A stretch of DNA of 32,000 bases from Escherichia coli (GTDB lineage: Bacteria; Pseudomonadota; Gammaproteobacteria; Enterobacterales; Enterobacteriaceae), in NCBI RefSeq assembly GCF_002948655.1, contig NZ_CP026755.1, one strand, 5' to 3'. Numbering within the stretch: position 1 is the stretch's first letter; each line of letters starts with the position of its first letter. A program made the position numbers and the translations under genes. Below, piece by piece: positions 14,290-23,851 of the stretch. The notes below the pieces were generated by a model that saw only the letters and a list, made by a program, of their open reading frames with translations, was not told the origin of the DNA and did not search any database.

Positions 14290-16218
14290 TTATTCCTCCA
14301 ATTGTTTAAGACTGCGGCTGCGAATCTCTTGTTGCAGCTTCTCGATCACTTCATTTACGTCCATGCTTCCCAGGTCTTTACCACGGCGGGTGCGAACGGC
14401 AACTTTGCCTGATTCCACCTCTTTATCACCACAGACCAGCATATACGGGACGCGACGCAAAGTGTGCTCGCGGATTTTAAAGCCAATCTTCTCATTTCTC
14501 AAGTCTGCTTTAACACGAATGCCCGCATTTGATAGTTTTTGCGTCAATTCGTTAACGTATTCAGACTGCGAATCGGTAATATTCATGATAACAACCTGAA
14601 CCGGCGCAAGCCAGGTCGGGAAGAAACCAGCGAATTCTTCGGTCAGGATACCGATGAAACGTTCCATCGACCCCAGAATTGCGCGGTGAATCATTACCGG
14701 TACCTTACGCTCGTTGTCTTCGCCCACATAGGAGGCGCTCAGACGAGACGGCAAGGAGAAGTCCAGCTGTACTGTACCGCACTGCCATGCACGATCGAGG
14801 CAGTCATACAGGGTAAATTCAATTTTCGGACCGTAGAAAGCGCCTTCACCCAGTTGATATTCAAACGGGATGTTGTTTTCTTCCAGCGCAACCGCCAGGT
14901 CCGCCTCAGCACGATCCCACATTTCGTCGCTGCCAATACGTTTTTCAGGACGAGTGGAGAGTTTGACGACGATCTTCTCGAAGCCAAAAGTGCTGTACAT
15001 ATCATAGACTAAACGGATACATCCGTTAACTTCATCGCGAATTTGTTCTTCAGTACAGAAGATATGCGCGTCATCCTGGGTAAATCCACGTACGCGCATC
15101 AGGCCATGCAGCGAACCTGACGGCTCGTTACGGTGGCAGCTACCAAACTCGGCCATACGCAGCGGCAAATCGCGATACGACTTCAGCCCCTGGTTGAAAA
15201 TTTGTACGTGACCCGGGCAGTTCATCGGCTTAATGCAGTATTCACGGTTCTCAGAAGACGTGGTGAACATTGCATCTTTGTAGTTGTCCCAGTGACCGGT
15301 TTTTTCCCACAGGACACGGTCCATCATGAACGGACCTTTAACTTCCTGATACTGGTACTCTTTCAGTTTAGAACGAACAAACACTTCCAGTTCACGGAAG
15401 ATGGTCCAGCCATCGTTGTGCCAGAATACCATACCCGGTGCTTCTTCCTGCATATGGTACAGGTCGAGCTGTTTACCGATTTTACGGTGGTCGCGTTTCG
15501 CGGCTTCTTCCAGGCGCTGCAGGTAAGCGTTAAGCGCTTTTTTGTCTGCCCACGCCGTACCGTAAATACGTTGCAACATTTTGTTGTTGCTGTCGCCACG
15601 CCAGTAAGCCCCTGCCGTTTTCATTAGTTTGAAATGATGGCAGAAACGCATGTTCGGTACGTGCGGACCACGGCACATATCGACATATTCTTCATGGAAG
15701 TACAGACCTGGCTTGTCATCATGGGCGATGTTTTCGTCAAGAATGGAGACTTTGTAGCTCTCCCCACGGTTGGCGAAAGTTTCACGCGCTTCGTGCCAGC
15801 TGACTTTCTTCTTAATGACGTCGTAGTTTTTCTCAGCAAGCTCATGCATCCGCTTCTCGAGTGCTTCGACATCTTCCTGGGTTAACGTGCGGTCAAGATC
15901 AACGTCGTAATAAAAACCGTTGTCAATAACCGGGCCGATTGCCATTTTGGTATGCGGCCAAAGTTGTTTAATCGCGTGCCCTAACAGGTGCGCACAGGAG
16001 TGACGAATGATCTCCAGACCTTCTTCGTCTTTGGCGGTAATGATCGACAGTTGTGCGTCGTTTTCAATCAGATCGCAAGCATCAACCAGTTCGCCATTAA
16101 CGCGCCCTGCGATACAGGCTTTCGCCAGACCTGGACCAATGTCCAGCGCAACATCCATGGGGCTTACAGCGTGGTCGTAATGGCGTTGGCTGCCATCAGG
16201 AAGAGTTATAACAGGCAT
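14290..16218 (-). CDS. thrS: Threonyl-tRNA synthetase
   Basis: 642 aa starting [24 protein letters not shown].... The stop lies 3 nt before the infC AUU. Confidence 0.98.
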
Positions 16219-16340
16219 TTTATATCCTTATTTGCAGTGGTGACCCACACGAAAGATCACATACAAAGAAAAATTTGTTTATTAACAGTTCATTGCGAAA
16301 CCATCTAGCCAACAAATGCTAAATTGGTTCGCAATCAGGT
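16219..16340 (-). promoter_or_regulatory. thrS translational operator (tRNA-Thr anticodon-arm mimic in the leader)
   Basis: The minus-strand leader reads ...UGUGAUCUUUCGUGUGGGUCACCACUGCAAAUAAGGAUAUAAAAUG. The stem GUGAUC/GGUCAC has a CGU-containing loop next to the SD. This matches the known ThrRS autoregulatory operator. Confidence 0.85.
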
Positions 16341-16740
16341 ACACAAATGAAAGACATTAACCTCTCACCTTCCACCCGGTTGAACGATGTTAACACTAAA
16401 AAAAGGGAGATTGTACCTTTCCGTTTCACATTGATTCGATTCGCAATTCGTTTGTAGTGAGTACACCAGCAAAACGCTTAAAGAACCACTGATAACATCA
16501 CGGAGCGTCTGAAAAGTTTACTGCGAGCGGATTTGCAGCAGCATAAACTGAATCCAGCAAAGTTCGTTGCGTGATTTGGCGGTACTATTTAAACGATCAT
16601 AAGATTAATGACGAAGTGGTCATATCACAATGATAAAAGTGACACAATTCTTATAGCAATTTTTCGTGCACATTTCGTTCTGGCGATAATAATTAATCAT
16701 CATCCTCAAAACCTCCAGACATATATAAGGCAAAAAGATT

Positions 16741-18639
16741 ATGAGTCAAAACGACATTATTATCAGAACTCATTATAAGTCTCCTCATAGAATGCACATC
16801 GATAGCGACATACCAACGCCTTCATCAGAGCCTATTAATCAATTTGCGCGCCAACTCATCACCCTACTTGATACCTCTGACTTAAGTTCGATGCTGTCAT
16901 ACTGTGTTACTCAGGAATTTACCGCAAACTGTCGAAAAATATCACAAAATTGTTATTCCACTGCCCTTTTTACCATTAACTTTGCCACTTCACCCATCCA
17001 TGCAGAAAATATACTCATTACATTACACTATAAAAAAGAAATCATTTCCTTATTACTGGAAACCACGCCTATTAAAGCTAACCATTTGCGAAGCATACTG
17101 GATTATATTGAACAGGAACAGTTAACTGCCGAAAATCGTAACCATTGTATGAAACTGTCTAAAAAAATCCATAGAGAAAAAACTATACAACCAACAGTAA
17201 ATCTCAATGGTAGTGCATTTTTTTCGCAATCTCCTTCTGACGCTATTTTTTGTCGCCATCTGTCATTGCAATACGCACTTGATTCACTGAGAAATGGAAA
17301 AGGCAAAGTCAATCTGATTAAACATTACTCCTCCGTTGAATCCATACAGCAGCATGTTCCCTTAGTCCGGGACGCGGAGTTCAGATCATTACTTCGCCAT
17401 CCTCCTGCAGGGAGTCGCGTTATCGCGAGTAAAGATTTTGGCTCCGCTTTAGATATTTTCTTCTGTCGAATGATGGCAAACAATGTCAGTCATATGTCCG
17501 CGATTTTATATATAGACAATCATACTTTGTCAGTAAGGCTACGAATAAAGCAGTCGGCGTATGGGCAATTAAATTATGTTGTGTCCGTTTACGACCCGAA
17601 CGATACCAACGTTGCCGTCAGAGGCACCCACAGGACAGCACGGGGCTTTCTCTCGCTCGATAAATTCATCAGTTCAGGTCCCGATGCTCAGACCTGGGCT
17701 GATATGTATGTTCGCAACTGTGCAATTGCTTTTCTGCCCCTATTACCTGAGGGAGTTCCAGGGGCTATTTTCGCGGGTATTGCATCACGAATGCCATTTG
17801 CTCCTATACATCCATCGGCAATGTTGTTAATAATGGCCACAGGCCAGACTCAACAGCTTATTACATTATTTAAACAGTTACCCATACTCCCTGAAAAAGA
17901 AATCATTGAAATAATAACTGCGCAGAATAGCGTTGGTACACCTGCATTATTTTTGGCTATGATGAACGGACATACTGACAACGTGAAAATATTTATGCAA
18001 GAAATTCAGTCACTGGTAGATAATCATATCATTCATGAAGATAATCTGGTTAAATTACTGCAAACTAAAAGTGCTAACGAAACACCTGGACTCTATATCT
18101 CCATGTTGTATGGATTCGATGAAATAATCGATATCTTTCTGAATGCATTAACCACTCCAATAACACAAGAGCTTTTAAGCAAAAAAATGGTGATGGATAT
18201 TTTAGCAATGAAAACACGTGATGGTGAACCAGGATTATATGCCGCAATGGAAAATAATCACCCTTTGTGTGTCACACGGTTCCTCTCTAAAGTTTATGGA
18301 ATCGCTGTTAAATATAACCTCAGCAAAATTAACATCATGGATTTATTAAAAGGCGCAACAGCACATGGAACCCCTGCTTTATACATCGCCATGAGCAAGG
18401 GTAATAAAGACGTCGTGTTATCTTATATATCAACGCTGGGTACTTTTGCAAAAAAATATTCTTTTAGTCAATGTCAGTTATTCACATTGTTAGCCGCTAA
18501 AAATCATGACAACATGTCAGCTGTTCATATAGCCATTCATCATAATCATTATAAAACTGTAGAAACATATTATGCTGCTATAAACGTAATCAGCCAAAGC
18601 CTGAGTTTTAGTGCTGATGAACTAAAGACGTATTTATAA
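16741..18639 (+). CDS. arpB: Ankyrin-like repeat protein B, intact; N-terminal ShET2/OspD3/EspL-like domain plus a C-terminal 48-aa repeat array
   Basis: Uninterrupted 632-codon ORF in an AT-rich segment. Motif blocks are FCRHL (C171), [10 protein letters not shown] (H261) and VYDPND (D285). Five repeats of the type [12 protein letters not shown] follow. Recognised as ArpB. Confidence 0.85.
   Translation: MSQNDIIIRTHYKSPHRMHIDSDIPTPSSEPINQFARQLITLLDTSDLSSMLSYCVTQEFTANCRKISQNCYSTALFTINFATSPIHAENILITLHYKKEIISLLLETTPIKANHLRSILDYIEQEQLTAENRNHCMKLSKKIHREKTIQPTVNLNGSAFFSQSPSDAIFCRHLSLQYALDSLRNGKGKVNLIKHYSSVESIQQHVPLVRDAEFRSLLRHPPAGSRVIASKDFGSALDIFFCRMMANNVSHMSAILYIDNHTLSVRLRIKQSAYGQLNYVVSVYDPNDTNVAVRGTHRTARGFLSLDKFISSGPDAQTWADMYVRNCAIAFLPLLPEGVPGAIFAGIASRMPFAPIHPSAMLLIMATGQTQQLITLFKQLPILPEKEIIEIITAQNSVGTPALFLAMMNGHTDNVKIFMQEIQSLVDNHIIHEDNLVKLLQTKSANETPGLYISMLYGFDEIIDIFLNALTTPITQELLSKKMVMDILAMKTRDGEPGLYAAMENNHPLCVTRFLSKVYGIAVKYNLSKINIMDLLKGATAHGTPALYIAMSKGNKDVVLSYISTLGTFAKKYSFSQCQLFTLLAAKNHDNMSAVHIAIHHNHYKTVETYYAAINVISQSLSFSADELKTYL
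17938..18636 (+). repeat. Protein-level tandem repeats with a 48-residue (144-nt) period inside arpB
   Basis: Repeat cores are [12 protein letters not shown] (aa 400), [12 protein letters not shown] (448), [12 protein letters not shown] (496), [12 protein letters not shown] (544) and [12 protein letters not shown] (592). The spacing is exactly 48 aa each time. A degenerate copy lies near aa 358. Confidence 0.8.
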
Positions 18640-18805
18640 CCAAATATTTATATATCGATACATAATTTTATTTTTTTCATAAACCGCAAAAACAGTGATC
18701 AGGTGTACAACGCCACCCGACGGCTGTAATAACAAAAAATCCCTTGATGCCTGTCCCTTTTGTTACACTCCGTTATCACGCACAAGAGATATGCAGGACA
18801 CTGGT

Positions 18806-18913
18806 ATGCCGACTAAACGCTTTGATAAAAAACACTGGAAGATGGTGGTGGTGCTACTGGCAATCTGTGGCGCTATGTTGTTGCTACGTTGGGCAGCAAT
18901 GATTTGGGGCTGA
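18806..18913 (+). CDS. yniD: Small single-pass membrane protein (35 aa)
   Basis: MPTKRFDKKHWKMVVVLLAICGAMLLLRWAAMIWG has one hydrophobic helix and is recognised as YniD. The track ORF extends upstream from a GTG, which I do not use. Confidence 0.75.
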   Translation: MPTKRFDKKHWKMVVVLLAICGAMLLLRWAAMIWG

Positions 18914-18965
18914 GCAGTGACAAACGAAGACAGCCAGACCGCATAACACGGTCCGGCAGATAATT

Positions 18966-19724
18966 TTACATGCTGTAGCCCAGCGATAAGGTTGTCCGAC
19001 GATCGGTATGTTCCGGTGCAGACTCTGGAGGTTCAGAGTTCCATGTGACGTTGTAAGCCACCTTCAGTCCAAAATGTTCATTAATAGCAACATTTAATGC
19101 GCTTTCAGAGTTCAGCGTTGTGTCTTCCGCGCCAAAGACGGAAACACCCTGCGTAAATTTAGCGTTGTCAGTCAACTGCCATGCATAAGCCCCGGAGGCA
19201 TAACCCAGCGGCTGGGTTTCACTGGCATTGTCGGTATATTTGTCGTAACGCACACCTGGACCGAATTCAAAGCGGAAACTGTGTACCGGGCCATTCAAAA
19301 ACTGGCGACCATAACCCGCGGTCAACACATCGCGCTCTCGATAGCCGTTATAACGGTCTGTCAGCCAGCTTGCCTGCCCAAATAAATAGTCATAATCAGT
19401 TAAATTAAAACGGCTACGCCCGCCCGCCGCATATTTTTCTGAAGAACGCTCATCATTAGAAGAAGTATTACTGGCGTTCCCCCACAGCGACCAGGCAGTG
19501 GTTTGTCCATACCAGGTCATGGTGGTGTCAGCCGTAAGTGAGGAGCTTTTCGTATTGCCTGATTGTGCAAGATATCCTGCGTTCAGATTACCTTCGAAAG
19601 GTTTTTTAGCGCTGGCAGGATCGTCCATGACAGTAAAAACGGAATCATCGGCAGCTGCATTCAATGACGCAAACATGCCCCCCGCCAACATAACGATGGC
19701 AGGAACTGTCTTCAAAAGCTTCAT
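18966..19724 (-). CDS. ydiY: Putative outer-membrane beta-barrel protein (DUF481 family)
   Basis: 252 aa with a signal peptide ending SLNAAA-DD and alternating beta-strand-like sequence rich in aromatic residues and Gly. Recognised as YdiY. Confidence 0.9.
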   Translation of the reverse strand: MKLLKTVPAIVMLAGGMFASLNAAADDSVFTVMDDPASAKKPFEGNLNAGYLAQSGNTKSSSLTADTTMTWYGQTTAWSLWGNASNTSSNDERSSEKYAAGGRSRFNLTDYDYLFGQASWLTDRYNGYRERDVLTAGYGRQFLNGPVHSFRFEFGPGVRYDKYTDNASETQPLGYASGAYAWQLTDNAKFTQGVSVFGAEDTTLNSESALNVAINEHFGLKVAYNVTWNSEPPESAPEHTDRRTTLSLGYSM

Positions 19725-20010
19725 TTATCAAGAGTCCGTACAACAAAAAAAGAGACCATCGCGGTCCCGGAAACTTTCTTAAGGATCAAAGATTAGCGTC
19801 CCTGGAAAGGTAACGAATTATAAAAAGGCTTGAATAACTTAGCAATGTATTCTTATTTCATTTTTTGAATAAGCATGTGAAGAAAACAGATTTTTATTTA
19901 TATATATTTATCTGCAAAATTTTAAATAAAGCTCCAATAAATCATATTGTTAATTTCTTCACTTTCCGCTGATTCGGTGCCAGACTGAAATCAGCCTATA
20001 GGAGGAAATG

Positions 20011-20940
20011 ATGGTACGTATCTATACGTTGACACTTGCGCCCTCTCTCGATAGCGCAACAATTACCCCGCAAATTTATCCCGAAGGAAAGCTGCGCTGT
20101 ACCGCACCGGTATTCGAACCCGGAGGCGGCGGCATCAACGTCGCCCGCGCCATTGCCCATCTTGGAGGCAGTGCCACAGCGATCTTCCCGGCGGGTGGTG
20201 CGACCGGCGAACATCTGGTTTCACTGTTGGCAGATGAAAATGTCCCCGTCGCTACTGTAGAAGCCAAAGACTGGACCCGGCAGAATTTACACGTACATGT
20301 GGAAGCAAGCGGTGAGCAGTATCGTTTTGTCATGCCAGGCGCGGCATTAAGTGAAGATGAGTTTCGCCAGCTTGAAGAGCAAGTTCTGGAAATTGAATCC
20401 GGTGCTATCCTGGTCATAAGCGGAAGCCTGCCGCCAGGTGTGAAGCTGGAAAAATTAACCCAACTGATTTCCGCTGCGCAAAAACAAGGGATTCGCTGCA
20501 TCGTCGACAGTTCTGGCGAAGCGTTAAGTGCAGCACTGGCGATTGGTAATATCGAGTTGGTTAAGCCTAACCAAAAAGAACTCAGTGCGCTGGTGAATCG
20601 CGAACTCACCCAGCCAGACGATGTCCGCAAAGCCGCGCAGGAAATCGTTAATAGCGGCAAGGCCAAACGAGTTGTCGTTTCCCTGGGTCCACAAGGGGCG
20701 TTGGGCGTTGATAGTGAAAACTGCATTCAGGTTGTGCCACCACCGGTGAAAAGCCAGAGCACCGTTGGCGCTGGTGACAGCATGGTCGGCGCGATGACAC
20801 TGAAACTGGCAGAAAATGCCTCTCTTGAAGAGATGGTCCGTTTTGGCGTAGCTGCGGGGAGTGCAGCCACACTCAATCAGGGAACACGCCTGTGCTCCCA
20901 TGACGATACACAAAAAATTTACGCTTACCTTTCCCGCTAA
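20011..20940 (+). CDS. pfkB: 6-phosphofructokinase II (ribokinase/PfkB family)
   Basis: 309 codons from MVRIYTLTLAPSLD..., with the GAGDS motif (VGAGDSMVGAM). AGGAGG lies at 20000-20005. There are tandem ATGs at 20008 and 20011, so the true start could be either. Confidence 0.93.
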   Translation: MVRIYTLTLAPSLDSATITPQIYPEGKLRCTAPVFEPGGGGINVARAIAHLGGSATAIFPAGGATGEHLVSLLADENVPVATVEAKDWTRQNLHVHVEASGEQYRFVMPGAALSEDEFRQLEEQVLEIESGAILVISGSLPPGVKLEKLTQLISAAQKQGIRCIVDSSGEALSAALAIGNIELVKPNQKELSALVNRELTQPDDVRKAAQEIVNSGKAKRVVVSLGPQGALGVDSENCIQVVPPPVKSQSTVGAGDSMVGAMTLKLAENASLEEMVRFGVAAGSAATLNQGTRLCSHDDTQKIYAYLSR

Positions 20941-20947
20941 CTGAAAC

Positions 20948-20969
20948 ATTCCCCCTGCATTGGGGGAAT
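20948..20969 (+). other. GC-rich stem-loop after the pfkB stop, lacking a U-tract
   Basis: ATTCCCCC-TGCATT-GGGGGAAT is followed by CACCACC. It could be a 3' stabiliser or a weak terminator. Confidence 0.35.
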
Positions 20970-21040
20970 CACCACCAACCTGTCGGCAACGCGTTTCTCC
21001 GACTATGCTCAAAAGTCATGTGATAACAAAGGGGTGAACT

Positions 21041-21331
21041 ATGGCCAGTGGCGATCTTGTCCGTTATGTCATAACCGTCATGTTGCACGAAGATACATTG
21101 ACTGAAATTAACGAGTTGAATAATTACCTGACTCGCGACGGTTTTTTGCTCACCATGACGGATGATGATGGAAATATCCATGAGCTGGGGACTAACACTT
21201 TTGGACTTATCAGTACCCAAAGTGAAGAAGAAATTAGAGAACTGGTTTCGGGGCTTACCCAAAGTGCAACCGGCAAAGATCCTGAAATCACCATCACGAC
21301 CTGGGAGGAATGGAATAGCAACAGAAAATAA
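21041..21331 (+). CDS. ydiZ: Small acidic protein of unknown function
   Basis: 96-aa ORF starting MASGDLVRYVITVMLHEDTL.... GGGGTGAA lies a few nt upstream of the ATG. Recognised as YdiZ. Confidence 0.85.
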   Translation: MASGDLVRYVITVMLHEDTLTEINELNNYLTRDGFLLTMTDDDGNIHELGTNTFGLISTQSEEEIRELVSGLTQSATGKDPEITITTWEEWNSNRK

Positions 21332-21436
21332 ATGGTTTTTGGGCAATAATCAGTCTGTGGTGTGCGTTAGCTCGTGTTTTTACACCGCATTCTTGCGCTA
21401 ACCTTATGATCTGGCAGACAACATGGGAGAGACATC

Positions 21437-22297
21437 ATGTGGCAGGCAATCAGTCGTCTTTTGAGCGAGCAGTTAGGTGAAGGCGAAATCGAACTGCGTA
21501 ATGAACTGCCTGGCGGAGAAGTCCATGCCGCATGGCATTTGCGCTATGCAGGACGTGACTTTTTCGTCAAATGTGATGAAAGGGAACTGCTTCCCGGTTT
21601 TACCGCCGAAGCCGACCAACTGGAGTTACTGTCGCGTAGTAAAACCGTCACCGTGCCTAAGGTTTGGGCAGTTGGCGCTGACCGTGACTACAGTTTTCTG
21701 GTGATGGACTATCTCCCACCTCGCCCGCTGGATGCGCATAGCGCATTTATTCTTGGTCAGCAAATTGCGCGTTTACATCAATGGAGCGACCAACCGCAAT
21801 TTGGCCTCGATTTCGATAACGCGCTCTCCACAACTCCCCAGCCCAACACCTGGCAACGTCGCTGGTCAACGTTTTTTGCTGAACAACGGATTGGCTGGCA
21901 GCTGGAACTGGCGGCAGAAAAAGGGATCGCTTTCGGCAATATCGATGCCATCGTCGAGCATATTCAGCAGCGTCTGGCCTCGCATCAACCGCAGCCTTCT
22001 CTGTTGCACGGCGATTTATGGTCCGGCAACTGTGCGCTGGGTCCGGATGGCCCGTACATTTTCGACCCGGCCTGCTACTGGGGTGACCGAGAGTGCGACC
22101 TGGCGATGTTACCGCTGCATACTGAACAGCCGCCACAAATCTATGACGGCTATCAGTCAGTATCCCCGCTACCTGCCGATTTCCTTGAACGTCAACCGGT
22201 TTACCAACTCTACACGCTGTTAAATCGTGCAAGGTTATTTGGCGGTCAGCATTTGGTTATTGCTCAGCAGTCACTGGATAGATTATTAGCAGCATAA
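21437..22297 (+). CDS. yniA: Fructosamine/ketosamine-3-kinase-family protein kinase-like enzyme
   Basis: 286 aa with the catalytic-loop motif LLHGDLWSGN, typical of the fructosamine-kinase/APH-like fold. Recognised as YniA. Confidence 0.92.
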   Translation: MWQAISRLLSEQLGEGEIELRNELPGGEVHAAWHLRYAGRDFFVKCDERELLPGFTAEADQLELLSRSKTVTVPKVWAVGADRDYSFLVMDYLPPRPLDAHSAFILGQQIARLHQWSDQPQFGLDFDNALSTTPQPNTWQRRWSTFFAEQRIGWQLELAAEKGIAFGNIDAIVEHIQQRLASHQPQPSLLHGDLWSGNCALGPDGPYIFDPACYWGDRECDLAMLPLHTEQPPQIYDGYQSVSPLPADFLERQPVYQLYTLLNRARLFGGQHLVIAQQSLDRLLAA

Positions 22298-22314
22298 TAT
22301 GGGGTGAGGATAAT

Positions 22315-22335
22315 GGCCGCTCCGTGCGGCCTTTT
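22315..22335 (+). terminator. Intrinsic terminator after yniA, shared with the gap to convergent yniB
   Basis: GGCCGC-TCCGT-GCGGCC followed by TTTT, lying between the two convergent stops. Confidence 0.75.
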
Positions 22336-22337
22336 GA

Positions 22338-22874
22338 TTAAATAAACCCCAGCAGAGAAAAGAACACATAACCTGCAGCAATACAAATAACCGGCAGGAT
22401 ATACAGCGAGAAAAACTGCAGGAAAATAGTATGGTGCGGCACAACAATACGTGACTCAATTTGTTCACGCGTTAGCCCCTCTTCCCCTTTGGCTTTTTCC
22501 AGAATGAGTTGATCTTCAACACCTTCCCGCAAGAAGCGCGCCTGGCGACTCATCCGGGCACCGGAATCCTGCAACGCCAGTCCGACAAAAATCAGGATGA
22601 AAATCACCCAGAACATAACGTTCACGCCACCATTAAAATTGGGCGTCGGGGAGTTATACCAGAACAGATTCAAAAAAGGCGTATTCGCCTGCATCATATC
22701 GATCATGACATGAGTAAAGTCGAGCATGACCGCATTAATGCCTTCCTGGTTTTCCTGCCGGGTATTCATAAATTTAAGCAAAGAAATCAATGTAGAGATC
22801 AATGCAGGTATAAAAATCACCCAACCCAAAATCCTTTTCAAAACAGCAATGCGTCCAGCTTGTTGATACGTCAT
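22338..22874 (-). CDS. yniB: Inner-membrane protein of unknown function
   Basis: 178 aa with three clear hydrophobic segments (ILGWVIFIPALISTLISLL, VMFWVIFILIFVGLAL, FFSLYILPVICIAAGYVFFSLLGFI). Recognised as YniB. Confidence 0.9.
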   Translation of the reverse strand: MTYQQAGRIAVLKRILGWVIFIPALISTLISLLKFMNTRQENQEGINAVMLDFTHVMIDMMQANTPFLNLFWYNSPTPNFNGGVNVMFWVIFILIFVGLALQDSGARMSRQARFLREGVEDQLILEKAKGEEGLTREQIESRIVVPHHTIFLQFFSLYILPVICIAAGYVFFSLLGFI

Positions 22875-23020
22875 GAGTTCTCCTTGATTAAGACGCGTCG
22901 TTTCACTTAGTTTACCTGTAGATATCTGTTTTCGCCCATTCTTTAAAGGCGATATGATAGGCGCTTAATCATAAGCACGGCTTAATACCTTACACATAAT
23001 GCTCTAAAGGAGAGGTTGTA

Positions 23021-23689
23021 ATGTCAACCCCGCGTCAGATTCTTGCTGCAATTTTTGATATGGATGGATTACTTATCGACTCAGAACCTTTATGGGATCG
23101 AGCTGAACTGGATGTGATGGCAAGCCTGGGGGTGGATATCTCCCGTCGTAACGAGCTGCCGGACACTTTAGGTTTACGCATCGATATGGTGGTCGATCTT
23201 TGGTACGCCCGGCAACCCTGGAATGGGCCAAGCCGTCAGGAAGTAGTAGAACGGGTTATTGCCCGTGCCATTTCACTGGTTGAAGAGACACGCCCATTAT
23301 TGCCAGGCGTGCGTGAAGCCGTTGCGTTATGCAAAGAACAAGGTTTATTGGTGGGACTGGCCTCCGCGTCACCACTACATATGCTGGAAAAAGTGTTGAC
23401 CATGTTTGACTTACGCGACAGTTTCGATGCCCTCGCCTCGGCTGAAAAATTGCCTTACAGCAAGCCGCATCCGCAAGTATATCTCGACTGCGCAGCAAAA
23501 CTGGGCGTTGACCCACTGACCTGCGTGGCGCTGGAAGACTCGGTAAATGGCATGATCGCTTCTAAAGCAGCCCGCATGCGTTCCATCGTCGTTCCTGCGC
23601 CAGAAGCGCAAAATGATCCACGTTTTGTATTAGCAAACGTCAAACTCTCATCGCTGACAGAACTCACCGCAAAAGACCTTCTCGGTTAA
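23021..23689 (+). CDS. hxpB: HAD-superfamily sugar phosphatase (hexitol phosphatase B / 2-deoxyglucose-6-phosphatase)
   Basis: 222 aa with HAD motif I FDMDGLLIDSE. Recognised as YniC/HxpB. Confidence 0.93.
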   Translation: MSTPRQILAAIFDMDGLLIDSEPLWDRAELDVMASLGVDISRRNELPDTLGLRIDMVVDLWYARQPWNGPSRQEVVERVIARAISLVEETRPLLPGVREAVALCKEQGLLVGLASASPLHMLEKVLTMFDLRDSFDALASAEKLPYSKPHPQVYLDCAAKLGVDPLTCVALEDSVNGMIASKAARMRSIVVPAPEAQNDPRFVLANVKLSSLTELTAKDLLG

Positions 23690-23691
23690 TG

Positions 23692-23727
23692 ACCAGGGGC
23701 AGTGATCACACTGCTCCTGGTTCTTTA
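23692..23727 (+). terminator. Intrinsic terminator after hxpB
   Basis: 13-bp stem ACCAGGGGCAGTG / CACTGCTCCTGGT (one G-U pair) with an ATCA loop, followed by TCTTT. Confidence 0.75.
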
Positions 23728-23799
23728 TCTGAATTTGCATTCAACTGACGGATTAATCGTCAATTTAAGAGAAAGAGTTACACCGTCACCACTTCCGCG

Positions 23800-23837
23800 C
23801 ACTGTATAAAAATCCTATACTGTACGTATCGACAGTT
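23800..23837. promoter_or_regulatory. Two overlapping LexA (SOS) boxes upstream of ydjM
   Basis: TACTGTACGTATCGACAGTT (23818-23837) is a full CTGT-N8-ACAG box. CACTGTATAAAAATCCTATA (23800-23819) is a half-degenerate second box. ydjM is a known SOS-regulon member. Confidence 0.8.
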
Positions 23838-23851
23838 TAGTGAGTTTTATC

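Noticed and set aside
16347-16457. 36-codon plus-strand ORF (MKDINLSPSTRLNDV...) in the thrS upstream region
   Set aside because: It has no credible SD and lies where the thrS promoter/leader is expected on the other strand. It is most likely chance.
16741-18639. Calling arpB a pseudogene, as in K-12 annotation
   Set aside because: In this sequence the frame is uninterrupted for 632 codons with no frameshift or internal stop, so I call it a CDS.
19968-19995. Stem-loop GCTGATT...AATCAGC just upstream of the pfkB SD
   Set aside because: It has only 7 bp with a 14-nt loop and does not include the SD. It is too weak to claim a regulatory role without data.
20076-20726. 216-aa minus-strand ORF inside pfkB, plus overlapping ORFs 20524..21012 and 20648..20872
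   Set aside because: These are antisense or alternative-frame ORFs in a GC-rich gene. The plus-strand frame gives the recognisable PfkB with its GAGDS motif.
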